A stretch of DNA of 64,000 nt from a virus (lineage: Duplodnaviria; Caudoviricetes): positions 32,001 to 96,000 of the IMG/VR virus record IMGVR_UViG_2906610324_000001; one strand, written 5' to 3'. A program made the position numbers and the translations under genes. Every line of letters starts with the position of its first letter. Positions within the stretch are counted from its first letter, which is position 1. Positions 53,015 to 63,610 of the stretch are shown here, piece after piece. The notes under the pieces were generated by a model. The model saw only the letters and a program-made list of their open reading frames with translations, was not told the DNA's origin and made no database searches.

Positions 53015-56000
53015 ATGCATGGATCGTTGAAACCAGCACGGGCGCCACGCGCACCGGCGCCGCGGCCGCGTGATCGCCGCCGGCGTGAGCGCGCTGCCCC
53101 CCGCCATCCCGCCCTGCATCTCGTGATGCCGGGGCTCGAGGTTGCGCGCGCTGAGCCGCGCCCGCGCGAGACCGTGACGTCGTTTCTGCGCCGGACGAAC
53201 TGGGCGTGGCGTGATCGCACCTATGGCTGGCAGTTCGCGAAGGGGCTGCCGACCATCCTCGAGATCAACGGCGAGGCGGTGCTGCGGAAGGAATGGCGCC
53301 GTCGCCGGATCAGTTCCGCAGACCAGGTCCGGTTTCTCAGCTTCCCGCGTGGGGGCGGGCAGGGCGGCAACGCCGTCAAGCAGGTCATTGGCATCGTGGC
53401 GCTGGTTGCTGTCTCGGCGTTCGCCTTGTGGGCGCCTGTCGGTCTGTTCGGTCTCACCGCCGGCAGCTTCGGCGCCACGGCGCTTGGTGCCGGTCTCGCG
53501 ATCGGCGGCACGCTGCTCGTCAACGCGCTGATCCTGCCGAAGGCCGGAGCGACCAATTCGCCGAGCGCGACGCCGGACCAGATCTACTCGGTGACGGCAC
53601 AGGGCAACGTCGCGAAGCTGGGGCAGCCGCTGCCGGTTTGGTACGGCCGCTTGAAGGCCTTCCCGGACTTCGCTGCGACACCGTGGGCCGAATTCGTCGG
53701 CAACGATCAATACCTCAACCTGCTGCTGTCGGTCTCGATGGGCAGTATGTCCTACGAGAAGATCTACGTCGAAGACACGGTCTTCTGGGATCCGGTCAAC
53801 GGCGTCTCGGCGGCGTTTGCCGGCGCGCAGGTCGCGTTCTACGCGCCGGGCGCTACGGTCACGCTGTTCCCGACCAACGTCGACCAGTCGACCGAAGTCA
53901 CCGGCCAGCAGCTGCCGTCCGGTTCGGGCACATCTGGCGGTCAATACGATGCCATGGGCGCGCCGTTGCCCCCGTCGGCCAGGACGCCCGGCGCCTGGGT
54001 GGGGCCGTTCGTCGCCAACCCGGCCGGCACGTTGTCCCAGTCGATCGCTGTCGACTTCGCGTTCCCGGCCGGCTGCTTCACCATCAATGGCAAGGACAAT
54101 TCGATTGGGTTTTCGAACGTCGGGCTGACGGCCGAATACGCCACCTGCGATGATGCCGGCGTTCAAACCGGGCCATTTAACCCGCTGTTCTCGACGTCGT
54201 TTCAGTACGCTTCCCAAGCGCCGGTCCGCAACAGCGTGAAGGTCGACGTCTTTCCGGGCCGATACTTGGTCCGCTTCCGGCGCGAAGATGCCGAACTCGC
54301 TGGTACCGGCGGCTCCAACTCCGTGATTTGGGCCGGCTTGCGCTCATTCCTCAAGGGCAGCAACGCGTTTCCGGACGTCTCGACGATCGCAATCCGGATC
54401 AAGGCGTCACAGTCGACGCAGGGTTCCTACAAATTCGGCGTGCTGGCCACGCGAGTGCTGCCGGTTTGGAACGGGGCGGCCTTTGTATCGCAGGCGACGC
54501 GGAGCCCGGGCTGGGCGTTCTTCGATTCCGTAACCAATACCCAGTACGGGTCGGGACTGGGCATCTCGAAGGTCGATTTCAATTCCGTCGTGAACTTCGC
54601 GGCGGGCTGCACAAGCCGCGGCGATACGTTCGATTTCCGCTTCGACTCCGCCGTCGCGGTACCGGACGCCTTCGACAAGATCCTGGCCGTCGCAAGAGCG
54701 AAGCATTTCTGGCTGGGAGACACTGTCTCGATCGTCCGCGACGAATGGCGCGACGTCCCGACAATGCTGCTGACCGACCGCGAGATCGTGCGAGACTCGA
54801 CCGCGATCGATTTCACGATGCTCGGCGAGGAAGACCCGGACGCGGTCATCCTCGAATATGTCGACGAGAACACTTGGCAGGCGGCGCAGGTCCAGTATCC
54901 GCCGAACGGCGACACCTTCACCTCGCTCAATGCTACCACCATCCGTCTCGACGGCGTCGTCAATCGTCAGCAGGCTTTCCGCGAGTGCGGCTTCACCTAT
55001 CTTCAGTCCTTCTACCGCCGCGAGAACGTCACGATCGGCGTCGAGTACGAGGGGGCGATCACGCTCGGCTCCGTGATCCGGGTGCAGTCCGAACTGCCGC
55101 AGGCCTATGGTTATGGTGGTGCGGTGGTTGGCGTTGCCGGCAACGCCTTGACGCTCGATCCGGCACCCAAATGGGATAGCGGGCCGTTCTATATTCGGCT
55201 GCGCCGGCCGAATGGCAAGTTCTTCGGCCCCATCTTGTGCACTCAGGGCGCCAACGCCGCGATCGCGAACCTCGACCCGACCAGCTTGGCGGCTGCACAA
55301 TCGTCGCAATCCACCACGCTCGCAGCAGTCCTGGCGCGCGAGGATGGCGGAGAGCCGCCTTCCTTTGAACTCGGTACCGGCGAAAGCTCGTCACGGCTCT
55401 GTCTCGTCCTGAATGGCACGCCGAATGGCGATACCTGCTCGCTGAGCCTGGTGATTGACGACGAGCGGGTCCACGCAACCGATCTTGGCTCTCCGCCTAT
55501 ACTGCCGAGCCCGCAGTACCCGTCGAATGCCAAGGTGCCGCTGGTTTACGGTCTGAATGCCTACATCAGCCAAGGCACCGCCGAGCCGAGGCTGTTCGCC
55601 AGCTGGTTCCCGACCGAAGGCGCCATCTACTACGTTGCCGGCATCTCCTACGACGACGGCAAGAATTGGACCCAGGTCTACGAGGGTGCTGAAAACCAAT
55701 TCGACGTGATCGTCAGCTTGGCGGCCGCCACGCTGCGCGTGCAGGCCGTCAACGCGACCATGCGTGGCGCGTATTCGACCGTCGCGCTCGACGCGCCAAC
55801 GGTCAAGCTGTCGCCAGGCTTGGTCACGCTCGAGTCGTTCAATGAAGCCCTGAAGAAGCAAGTTGCGGACGTCACCGATCAGAACAACAACGAGATCAAT
55901 GCAGCCCTCCAACTGATCAACGCGACGGTCGCAAATCAGGATGCTCGCAACTGGCTGGACAAGAAGTCGCTGCGCTCCGAACTTTCGGCCCGCGTCGGAG

Positions 56001-56521
56001 CAGCATTCGCGCAGATCGCGACGGTCCAGACCGTTGCCGTTGACGCGCAGCAAGCGGTGGCGGATCTCAGCACGTCAGTCACAGCCCAGTTCGGCGACGT
56101 AAATGCCTCGATCACCGAGCAGTCGACGGCGATCGCCCAACTCGACGGATATGCCGCCGCGGCATGGTCACTGACGCTCAACGTGAACGGCTATATCTCC
56201 GGAATTCAGCTGGTCAACGGCGGGTCCGGCGTATCTTCCTTCACGGTCGTCGCGGATAAGTTTCAGATCCAGCTGCCGGGTTACAATGGCGGAGCGCCGA
56301 AGCCTGTCTTCACCGTCGGCACAATTAGCGGCGTCGCCTCGATCGGGATCACGGGGAATCTGTTTTTGGACGGCGTCCTCACGGCCCGCATGATGAACAT
56401 TGGCGTGTTGAGCGCGATCACGGCCAACATCGGGACGGTGACTGCCGGCGTTATCCAAAGCACTTCGGGCCTGATGGTCATAAACCTGACCGGCGGCACC
56501 ATCACGATTTCCGACTCGTGA
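53015..56521 (+). CDS. Tail tip / host-specificity protein (J-like, DUF1983-like C-terminus)
   Basis: N.AKLGQP.PV.YGR...PD, ATRSP.WA, V..EY.D..TW, LNVNGYISG.....F.V.ADKF. Confidence 0.9.
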   Translation: MHGSLKPARAPRAPAPRPRDRRRRERAAPRHPALHLVMPGLEVARAEPRPRETVTSFLRRTNWAWRDRTYGWQFAKGLPTILEINGEAVLRKEWRRRRISSADQVRFLSFPRGGGQGGNAVKQVIGIVALVAVSAFALWAPVGLFGLTAGSFGATALGAGLAIGGTLLVNALILPKAGATNSPSATPDQIYSVTAQGNVAKLGQPLPVWYGRLKAFPDFAATPWAEFVGNDQYLNLLLSVSMGSMSYEKIYVEDTVFWDPVNGVSAAFAGAQVAFYAPGATVTLFPTNVDQSTEVTGQQLPSGSGTSGGQYDAMGAPLPPSARTPGAWVGPFVANPAGTLSQSIAVDFAFPAGCFTINGKDNSIGFSNVGLTAEYATCDDAGVQTGPFNPLFSTSFQYASQAPVRNSVKVDVFPGRYLVRFRREDAELAGTGGSNSVIWAGLRSFLKGSNAFPDVSTIAIRIKASQSTQGSYKFGVLATRVLPVWNGAAFVSQATRSPGWAFFDSVTNTQYGSGLGISKVDFNSVVNFAAGCTSRGDTFDFRFDSAVAVPDAFDKILAVARAKHFWLGDTVSIVRDEWRDVPTMLLTDREIVRDSTAIDFTMLGEEDPDAVILEYVDENTWQAAQVQYPPNGDTFTSLNATTIRLDGVVNRQQAFRECGFTYLQSFYRRENVTIGVEYEGAITLGSVIRVQSELPQAYGYGGAVVGVAGNALTLDPAPKWDSGPFYIRLRRPNGKFFGPILCTQGANAAIANLDPTSLAAAQSSQSTTLAAVLAREDGGEPPSFELGTGESSSRLCLVLNGTPNGDTCSLSLVIDDERVHATDLGSPPILPSPQYPSNAKVPLVYGLNAYISQGTAEPRLFASWFPTEGAIYYVAGISYDDGKNWTQVYEGAENQFDVIVSLAAATLRVQAVNATMRGAYSTVALDAPTVKLSPGLVTLESFNEALKKQVADVTDQNNNEINAALQLINATVANQDARNWLDKKSLRSELSARVGAAFAQIATVQTVAVDAQQAVADLSTSVTAQFGDVNASITEQSTAIAQLDGYAAAAWSLTLNVNGYISGIQLVNGGSGVSSFTVVADKFQIQLPGYNGGAPKPVFTVGTISGVASIGITGNLFLDGVLTARMMNIGVLSAITANIGTVTAGVIQSTSGLMVINLTGGTITISDS

Positions 56522-56949
56522 CCAAGCGCATCTATATCGCCGCGGATCGCGTCACGGTTTCCAAGCCGGGCTATGACGCCGAAAACCCGCCGGCCGTCGA
56601 CTACAAATATTTGTCGCTGGATTCGCGTTTGAACCAGGGGCGGCCGCTCGAGGTCGGCCTGTTTCCGAGCAACGTGTTTGGCAGCGGCAAGGTCTTTTAC
56701 TCGACGACTTATCCGCATCCGCCGGCCGTCGACATCGTCGCCTATAGCATCCCGTCAGCTGGCGTTGCGTTGTACTCAAAAGCGATGGTTTGCCGGGATG
56801 CGAATTCGAGCATTGCTTACCAGCGCTCGAGCTGGGTGCCGATTCTGTACACGGATGGGTTTTTGATTTCTGACGACTGGCGATATCGGCGCTCGCGCAT
56901 CATGGGGACGGGCGTCAATCTTTACTATATCGCGTGGCAGGTCTGGTGA
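56518..56949 (+). CDS. Tail-tip small protein, paralogue 1
   Basis: VSKPGYDA...DSR. Confidence 0.7.
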   Translation: MTKRIYIAADRVTVSKPGYDAENPPAVDYKYLSLDSRLNQGRPLEVGLFPSNVFGSGKVFYSTTYPHPPAVDIVAYSIPSAGVALYSKAMVCRDANSSIAYQRSSWVPILYTDGFLISDDWRYRRSRIMGTGVNLYYIAWQVW

Positions 56950-56950
56950 G

Positions 56951-57388
56951 ATGACCCGGCGCTTTCACGCGGGCTACAATTCGTTCCTTGGTGCCTATGG
57001 CGTGTGGCTGTCACGGCCGGGCGTCGACGTGCTCGCGACGTCGAGCAACTCCGACTTCCTGCTGCGGGCGGAAACCAAGAATGACCAGATCGTCATGTCG
57101 GGGTCGATCTATCTGCCTATCGGCAGCGGCGACCAGAGCATCCCGTATCCGGCCACGTTCACCAAGACGCCCTACGTCTGGTTTGAGGCGTACATCGACA
57201 GCGGAGTGGTCGCGTACCCTTACAATCAGGGCATGGCTGGACACGATCTCACGATCGGCGGCGTGCTGACCTATGAGGTCGGCATGGGCCTGAGGTTCAT
57301 GAACGATAAGATCACGCTCAACAACCAGAGCGATACTTACAATTTCTACGTGGATTACATGATCTTCCACCGCAGCCTCGGTCTCTGA
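56951..57388 (+). CDS. Tail-tip small protein, paralogue 2
   Basis: LSRPGVDV. Confidence 0.7.
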   Translation: MTRRFHAGYNSFLGAYGVWLSRPGVDVLATSSNSDFLLRAETKNDQIVMSGSIYLPIGSGDQSIPYPATFTKTPYVWFEAYIDSGVVAYPYNQGMAGHDLTIGGVLTYEVGMGLRFMNDKITLNNQSDTYNFYVDYMIFHRSLGL

Positions 57389-57792
57389 TGGTCAAGCGTG
57401 TCTTGATCCAGTCCGGCGCCGGCGCCGCTATGAGCGTGAGCCTGCCAGGCGTCGACGTGACCGCGGCGAACATCGACCAGATGGTTTTCGATTCGCGTTG
57501 GTCGGGGCATCAGTTCTATGCGTCGGGGACTCTGGATAGCTCGCAGAATTCCGTCGCGACGTTTCTCTTTCCGTCGACGCTCGATGCTGTGCCGTTCCTA
57601 GCGGCCTACACGGACACAAACATCACGCTCGCGCCTGGGAGCCAGTATCTGGGCTTTACCAACTTTCGGGGCAACAACTCCGACTATTGGGTTTATGCGC
57701 AGGTCACGACCTCGTCGCTGCAGTTCCGGTTCAAATTCGGCAACGCGGTCGGGCGGCTCTACTACGCGCTTTTCAGGAGGATTGCGGGATGA
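57388..57792 (+). CDS. Tail-tip small protein, paralogue 3
   Basis: VSLPGVDV....FDSR. Confidence 0.7.
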   Translation: MVKRVLIQSGAGAAMSVSLPGVDVTAANIDQMVFDSRWSGHQFYASGTLDSSQNSVATFLFPSTLDAVPFLAAYTDTNITLAPGSQYLGFTNFRGNNSDYWVYAQVTTSSLQFRFKFGNAVGRLYYALFRRIAG

Positions 57793-58343
57793 CGGGGGTA
57801 ATGCTCGACGGGGCATGGGCCGTCGCCGGGTATATGCCGGCCGGCGGCGACGGGCAGGCGCCCGTGTCCGACGGAGAGCCGGCAGCTGTGGAGGAGCCCG
57901 CAGCCGCCAGCAGGCCGAAGGTGATCGTCCGCCACGATGACAATGGCCTCATTACGGCTGTCACGCTCCAGGTCGAGATGGGGATGGATGCACTCTCCGA
58001 GAGGTATGCGGAGATGGGCATCCCGCACATTCTCTATGACGGCGAGGTCGATATCGCGGACGCCTGGGTGAGGGACGGCCAGGTTGTGCCGAAGCTCGAC
58101 GTCGAGATCTCCGGCGAGGTCCGGTCGGTCAAGGCGGACGGCGAGGATCTGCTCGAGCTGACCGTTTCGCCGGCGGAGTTCGATGCGACGGTCGCGTTCG
58201 ACGGTGCGATGGTGCATTTCGAGCATGTGACCGACGGAAAGCTCGAGTTCTCGGTCGATCATCCCGGCAGCTACGCGATTTTTATCGCGCCGGCGCATCC
58301 ATATCGCCTCAAGAGGCTGGACGTCGAGGCGATCGCGCCATGA
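57789..58343 (+). CDS. Tail-associated protein
   Basis: AGGAGG RBS; DG.LEF.VD.PG.Y.I....PY. Confidence 0.65.
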   Translation: MTGVMLDGAWAVAGYMPAGGDGQAPVSDGEPAAVEEPAAASRPKVIVRHDDNGLITAVTLQVEMGMDALSERYAEMGIPHILYDGEVDIADAWVRDGQVVPKLDVEISGEVRSVKADGEDLLELTVSPAEFDATVAFDGAMVHFEHVTDGKLEFSVDHPGSYAIFIAPAHPYRLKRLDVEAIAP

Positions 58344-58711
58344 GGGTGAGTGTAATCGAGGTCAAGCGGAAGCGCGTCGAGGCGCTCGTCAACGAGCGTT
58401 ACATGGTCGACGGTCACGACATCGCGCACGATCGCAAGCGGGCGCTGGCTGCCGCGGTTGCTGCAGGGGGCGAGCCATCGGCCGAGTTCACGGCGGCGGC
58501 GGTGGTCGAGGGCGTCACGCCGCAGGCGCTGGCGCAAACGATCCTCGCCAAGCCGGACGAGCTCATGTCCAAAGAAAACAAGCGGCGCTCATTCGTCGTT
58601 CGGACGCGCGCGGCCAAGACAGTCGCGGAGCTCGAGGCGATCCAGGCCGAAGCTGACGCGACCGCAGCGCCGCCGCTGACGTCTCGCATCTTTTTGCAGG
58701 AAGGACCGTAG
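58340..58711 (+). CDS. Tail fibre assembly-like protein
   Basis: G.TP.ALA..IL.K......E..R.......AA.T..EL.AI. Confidence 0.6.
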   Translation: MRVSVIEVKRKRVEALVNERYMVDGHDIAHDRKRALAAAVAAGGEPSAEFTAAAVVEGVTPQALAQTILAKPDELMSKENKRRSFVVRTRAAKTVAELEAIQAEADATAAPPLTSRIFLQEGP

Positions 58712-58714
58712 CCA

Positions 58715-60571
58715 ATGACGGCGCTCTCGAGCTACTCGACAGGAACGATCTCGGTCGCGGCAAACGGAACGACAGTCACGGGAGTCGGGGCGATCTGGTC
58801 CGAGACCAATGTTCGGCCTGGCGATATCCTGCAGATCGGCAACTTTCAGACGATCATCGCTGACGTCACCGACCCGACGAACCTCGTCATTCCACCTTGG
58901 GGCGGTGGCGCGCAGGCCGGTGTCGCCTATGTGATCTGGAAAGTATCGTCGCAGCGCATTGCCGGCGCGCAGGCGATGGCTGACGTTTCGACGCTGGTCG
59001 CGGCGCTCAACACGTCGGGTTTCTTTTGGTTTGTGGACGCATCACTCACCGTACCTGATCCCTCGCTCGGTTCGGACGGTCAGTACGCGCTGCAGCCTTC
59101 AACCGGAAAGATGTGGTTCCATGCCGGCGGCGCGTGGTCCTACCTTGGGATCTACAGGGGGTTCAACTTTCGAGGTGTCTACGACAACGCTGCGACCTAT
59201 GCCGTGGGCGATGTCCAGACGACGGCCGGCACGTCATATGTTTGGATCAACCCGACGCCAGGATCCGGCCATCCCGCTCCGGATGGGACATACTGGCAGG
59301 TGCTGGCGGCCAAGGGCGACAAGGGTGATACCGGCGCAGTGCCGTGGAGCAACACAACGAGTTGGGCAACGGCTACGAATTACGTTGCCGCACCGCCTGC
59401 GTCGGTCGTCGTGCATCCGATTAACAAGAACATCTATCTGTGCATCGTCGCGCATCTGTCAGGAAGCTTCGCAACAGACCTGGCGGCCGGCAAATGGCTG
59501 CTTATCGGTCAGAGTGCAACGGAGGCAACGAGCGCGACGGCGCTGCTGATCGGCACGGGAACGAAAGTGTTCTCGGCGGTCACAGGGTTTTCGTATCAGA
59601 ACGGCGTCCGGCTGCGCGCATCGTCGAATGCCTCGCCGACCAATTGGATGGAGGGCGTTTGTCTCTACGATCCCCTTGCGCAGATCATCACGATGACGGT
59701 CGACAAGGTGAACGGCGTCGGCACGTTCAGTGACTGGAATTTCAATCACGTCGGGCAACCCGGCGCGGGCGACCTGACGTCGAGCCTCAATCTTGCCGAG
59801 CTGACAAACAAGCCGGTTGCGGTGGTCAATCTCGGTATTCCTGCATTGCTGCTGGGAAATTTGGCAGGATTGAAAATCACGGCGAGCGGTGTTGCAAGTT
59901 TCATCGTGTCTCCCGGTGTAGCGTGTGATCGCAATCAACTCGATATGATTGCGCTTAGCGCGTCGATCGCGAAGACGTCTGCCGCTTGGAGCACTGGCAA
60001 CGGCAACGGTGCTTTGGACACCGGAACAATCGCGGCCGGCTTCTATCATGTATTCGTAATCAGGAATCCAGTCGGTAGCGGCAACACCGATATTCTCATT
60101 TCATTGAGTGCGACGACGCCGACGCTTCCATCTGGTTACACGCTTTGCAGGCGCATCGGTGCGGTTTGGTGGTCAACGGCATCCAGCACTTTCATACCGA
60201 TCCTTCAGCGCGGCAAAGAGTTTTGGTGGACCGGAAGTTCCTTTGACGTCAACACCACAATCGGAACGACGCTGCAAACATTCGCACTGGGCAGCATTCC
60301 GCCCGGCGTGCAAGTGCAAGCAATTCTGACGGTTATCGCCTGGAACGCAGTGCAGAATACGGTCTGGTGGGTTCACGACACCGCTCTGGTCGACAACGCG
60401 CCGGGCTACGGTACCGGCGGCACTGGTGTTGAGGCATCAACTGCAACCAGCGGCAACATGACCGAAGTCCGCGTTTGGACGGACACCGCACGACAGGTTG
60501 CAGCGCGGTCGTCTGCTGCAAACACGACATTTCGGCTCGTTACGCGCGGTTGGTACGATCCGTTCGAATAG
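58715..60571 (+). CDS. Tail fibre / receptor-binding protein
   Basis: YSTGTISV......VTG.G..W, RG.YD....Y..GD, KGDKGDTG, GALDTG.IA...YHVF.I, LPSGY...RRIG. Confidence 0.85.
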   Translation: MTALSSYSTGTISVAANGTTVTGVGAIWSETNVRPGDILQIGNFQTIIADVTDPTNLVIPPWGGGAQAGVAYVIWKVSSQRIAGAQAMADVSTLVAALNTSGFFWFVDASLTVPDPSLGSDGQYALQPSTGKMWFHAGGAWSYLGIYRGFNFRGVYDNAATYAVGDVQTTAGTSYVWINPTPGSGHPAPDGTYWQVLAAKGDKGDTGAVPWSNTTSWATATNYVAAPPASVVVHPINKNIYLCIVAHLSGSFATDLAAGKWLLIGQSATEATSATALLIGTGTKVFSAVTGFSYQNGVRLRASSNASPTNWMEGVCLYDPLAQIITMTVDKVNGVGTFSDWNFNHVGQPGAGDLTSSLNLAELTNKPVAVVNLGIPALLLGNLAGLKITASGVASFIVSPGVACDRNQLDMIALSASIAKTSAAWSTGNGNGALDTGTIAAGFYHVFVIRNPVGSGNTDILISLSATTPTLPSGYTLCRRIGAVWWSTASSTFIPILQRGKEFWWTGSSFDVNTTIGTTLQTFALGSIPPGVQVQAILTVIAWNAVQNTVWWVHDTALVDNAPGYGTGGTGVEASTATSGNMTEVRVWTDTARQVAARSSAANTTFRLVTRGWYDPFE

Positions 60572-60582
60572 GAGAGGGCAGC

Positions 60583-60945
60583 ATGGGATTTGTAGTACGA
60601 AACAGCGATGGCGCCATCGTTGGATGGTTCGCCTGTCAGCAGCCGGCGCCGATCGTGACCGAGCAGATCGCGGATGACGACCCGGCTGTCATGGCGTTTT
60701 TGAATCCGCCGGCGCCGGTGCCGGCCTCCTGCACCAAGCTCGGCCTGAAACGAGCTTTCGACGAGCTCGGCACATGGGCGGCGGTCAAGGCCGCGATTGC
60801 GGCGGACGCAAATGTCCAGGAGGAGTGGGATCTCGCGACCGAGATCCGGCGGGCTGATCCTTTGGTTCAACACATGATCACGACGATAAGCCTGACGGAT
60901 CAGCAGGTCGACAATTTGCTGAGACGAGCGAATGCGCTCGTCTAG
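60583..60945 (+). CDS. Tail fibre chaperone-like protein
   Basis: DDP....FL.P, W..A.EI.R.DPLV......L...QVD.L...A. Confidence 0.65.
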   Translation: MGFVVRNSDGAIVGWFACQQPAPIVTEQIADDDPAVMAFLNPPAPVPASCTKLGLKRAFDELGTWAAVKAAIAADANVQEEWDLATEIRRADPLVQHMITTISLTDQQVDNLLRRANALV

Positions 60946-60971
60946 GCCGGCTGACTAGCCGCTCCACCGAG

Positions 60972-60993
60972 GCCGCTTCCGAGCGGCTTTTTT
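60972..60993 (+). terminator. Rho-independent terminator
   Basis: GCCGCT-TCCG-AGCGGC-TTTTTT. Confidence 0.75.
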
Positions 60994-61014
60994 CATGAGC
61001 AAAGGAGAACTGGG

Positions 61015-61800
61015 ATGACGATCGCAGCCCTCGTGGCGGCGAAACCCTTGCGCATGGGCGCATCGGGCGACGCTGTCAAACAGGTCCAACTCGCGCTGAA
61101 ATCCGTCGGATATGCTCTTACCGGCACGGGTTGGTTTGGTCCGGCGACCGATACGGCGGTCGAGACGTTCCAGAAGCGCGCCGGGCTCTATGTCGATGGC
61201 GAGGTCGGGCCGCTCACCGGCGCGGCGCTCGATTTGGCAGTAGCGGGGAGGGCTCCCGTTCCGGCTCCAGCGAAGGAGATCGGCCGACCGCTTTGGCTCG
61301 AAGCCGGCATCAAGCTGATCGGAACGAAGGAGGGGACTGGTTCGAAGGACAACCCGGTCATCATTGATTGGGCAAAGGACGAGGGCGGCGACATCGCGGC
61401 TGAGTACACCCATGACTCGATCCCATGGTGCGCTCTCTTCGCCAACCACATCCTGACCAAAGTTGGCCTCAAGGGCACCAAGACGCTGTGGGCGCTGGAT
61501 TTCGCCGGCAACTGGCCGGCCATGAAGCTTGCCGGTCCGGCGGTCGGCGCCTTCGCTCCGATGAAGCGGACCGGCGGTGGACACATCACGGTCGTGGTCG
61601 GCAAAGATCAGCATGGTAACGTCATGGGGCTCGGTGGCAACCAGTCGGACGCCGTCAATATCGAGCCCTTCGCGACGTCGCGCCTCAACCAGGGCTTTTG
61701 GTGGCCGAAGGATGTGCCGTCGCCGCCGGCCAGCCAGATCGGCTTCAATCATCTTCCGGTCGTTCGCAGTGACGGCCGCGTGTCCACGAATGAGGCCTGA
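61015..61800 (+). CDS. Endolysin: PG-binding domain + TIGR02594/NlpC-P60-like catalytic domain
   Basis: LR.G.SG.AVK.VQ..L, FQ...GL.VDG.VGP.T; D.IPWCA.F, GGHI..V, LGGNQ.D.V. Confidence 0.9.
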   Translation: MTIAALVAAKPLRMGASGDAVKQVQLALKSVGYALTGTGWFGPATDTAVETFQKRAGLYVDGEVGPLTGAALDLAVAGRAPVPAPAKEIGRPLWLEAGIKLIGTKEGTGSKDNPVIIDWAKDEGGDIAAEYTHDSIPWCALFANHILTKVGLKGTKTLWALDFAGNWPAMKLAGPAVGAFAPMKRTGGGHITVVVGKDQHGNVMGLGGNQSDAVNIEPFATSRLNQGFWWPKDVPSPPASQIGFNHLPVVRSDGRVSTNEA

Positions 61801-61881
61801 CGGATCTCGCTGATCCGTTTGAGGTCGCATAGCCCGCCGCGCGACGGACCTCGCGCATTTCCACATCCAAAAAGGTGAAAA

Positions 61882-62571
61882 ATGAACCGCATCTACAGCG
61901 CGGCTTTTGCCGCGCCGCTTTTGCTTGCGCCGAGCCTGGCGCTGGCAGGCTCCAAGTCGCCCTTCGCTGCCGTGGGGCAAGCCTTCGATCCGACCGGCAC
62001 CCTGATCGTCGTGCTGCTCGGCTTGGTGCTGGCCGCCATCGTCCTGCCGCGGAGTGTGCGGCCGTTCGCGCTCGTATTTGCTGTGCTTGTCGGCGCATCC
62101 CTTGCGATCGACGTTGCCTTCGCGGCCGATGCCACGGCTCCCGAGACCGTCGCTCAGGCAACCAGCGACACCACCAAGGTGACGTGGGCATATGGAGCCG
62201 CGATCTCGCAGTGGGCCAGCGCCATCGGAACGCTGATCCTCGCCTTCGTGACCTGGCTGCTCCGGAAGCTCCCCGCGCAGATCTACGCCGTCATCGTCTC
62301 CATGCGCGCCGATCAGCTCATCTCGAAGGGGATCGACTACGCCATCAACATGGTGAAGGACGCCACGAAGGATAAGGCACTGACCGTCGACGTGCATAAC
62401 CAGGTGCTGGCACAGGCTCTGCAGTACGTCCTTGACCACTCGCCGGATTGGTTGACCTCCTGGATGGGTGGCCCGGACGCCATCGCTGAGAAGATCATCG
62501 CCCGCCTGAACCTTGCGCCGGATGCCGTCCCGAACGTCACCGCCGCGGTCTCGAGCGTCTCCAAAACGTAA
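61882..62571 (+). CDS. Holin-like membrane protein
   Basis: Several TM segments; follows the endolysin. Confidence 0.55.
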   Translation: MNRIYSAAFAAPLLLAPSLALAGSKSPFAAVGQAFDPTGTLIVVLLGLVLAAIVLPRSVRPFALVFAVLVGASLAIDVAFAADATAPETVAQATSDTTKVTWAYGAAISQWASAIGTLILAFVTWLLRKLPAQIYAVIVSMRADQLISKGIDYAINMVKDATKDKALTVDVHNQVLAQALQYVLDHSPDWLTSWMGGPDAIAEKIIARLNLAPDAVPNVTAAVSSVSKT

Positions 62572-62580
62572 GGGGGCTTC

Positions 62581-62847
62581 ATGTTCAGCGGGGCAACGTT
62601 AGCCGCCGTCCTGACCGCTCTGCAGCCGCTCCTGGAGGCGTTCTTCAGCGCCTTCGGGAGCTCGCTGAACGACTTCTTGGCGCGGCAGCGGGCCGACCAA
62701 AACGCCAAGGATCTCGGCGCGGCTCAGGCCACCGTCCAACAGCAGAATGCCACGATTGATGCGCAACAGGCCGAGCTCGAGGCGCGAACGAACGCCCCTA
62801 AGTCTGTCGACGACGCCATCAAGCGGCTCGAGGAGGGCTCAGCTTGA
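62581..62847 (+). CDS. Putative i-spanin (Rz-like)
   Basis: N-terminal hydrophobic segment, coiled coil, ends P..VDD...RL..G. Confidence 0.5.
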   Translation: MFSGATLAAVLTALQPLLEAFFSAFGSSLNDFLARQRADQNAKDLGAAQATVQQQNATIDAQQAELEARTNAPKSVDDAIKRLEEGSA

Positions 62848-63086
62848 CCTTCACCTGCACCGGCTGGGCCTTCATCGCGGTCCAGCTTACTTGCATCATG
62901 CCAGATCAGGCGCCCGCGGTTGTTTGTCCGCCGGTTCGGGCCTGGTCCCAGGACTTCCAGAAGCAGGTTGCCGCCGAAATGAGAGCGGCGCCGAATAGCG
63001 CGCTCGCCGCGGTCGCCGTGCAGGCGATCGGTGACCGCGACGTCGCCCGCGCCTGCGCTCGGCACAAGAATGCGGGGAAGCGATGA
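62844..63086 (+). CDS. Putative o-spanin (Rz1-like)
   Basis: VCPPV..WS..FQ...A.E......RD.ARAC; overlaps the end of the putative i-spanin. Confidence 0.45.
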   Translation: MTFTCTGWAFIAVQLTCIMPDQAPAVVCPPVRAWSQDFQKQVAAEMRAAPNSALAAVAVQAIGDRDVARACARHKNAGKR

Positions 63087-63610
63087 TGGGCGCCGCCGGC
63101 ACGCCGGAGATCGTGACCCAAACGCTCGCCGGCATGGGCTTTGCCGGCGCCGTCATTACCGTGCTTCTGAGCACGATCGCAGCGCTCGTCACTGGCCTCG
63201 TCGTCCTCTTCCGGATCAACAACCGGCTACACGCGGAGCGGAAGACGGAGCTCGCCACATTCAGCAAGTTGGTCGAGGCCAACAATGCGGCGCTGACCAA
63301 GGTCGCGGAAGCGACCGAGGAGCGAAACCGCGTCACGGAAGCGCTCGCCGAAGCCATCAAGGTGCAGGCCACAGCGTTCGAGATGGTGAACCAGCGCATA
63401 GAATTCTACCACGGCAACAACATCGAGAAGTTGAAGGACCTGATCAGCGCATTTGCCGCTCACGCTGAAGCCGTCCGAGTGCTCACCGGCTCCGTGACGG
63501 TCTCGAGGGATAGCAGCGCAGCGGCGGCGGCCGCGGCCAATGAATTGAAGGTGAAGATAGATAGTATCGCGTCAAAAATTGATGGGGCCCTTTTGCGGAG
63601 GCCGCGATGA
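63083..63610 (+). CDS. Membrane-anchored coiled-coil protein
   Basis: One long TM segment, then heptad repeats. Confidence 0.65.
   Translation: MMGAAGTPEIVTQTLAGMGFAGAVITVLLSTIAALVTGLVVLFRINNRLHAERKTELATFSKLVEANNAALTKVAEATEERNRVTEALAEAIKVQATAFEMVNQRIEFYHGNNIEKLKDLISAFAAHAEAVRVLTGSVTVSRDSSAAAAAAANELKVKIDSIASKIDGALLRRPR

Noticed and set aside
53015-60571. Diversity-generating retroelement or invertible tail-fibre cassette
   Set aside because: No reverse transcriptase, invertase or duplicated variable repeat seen in the window
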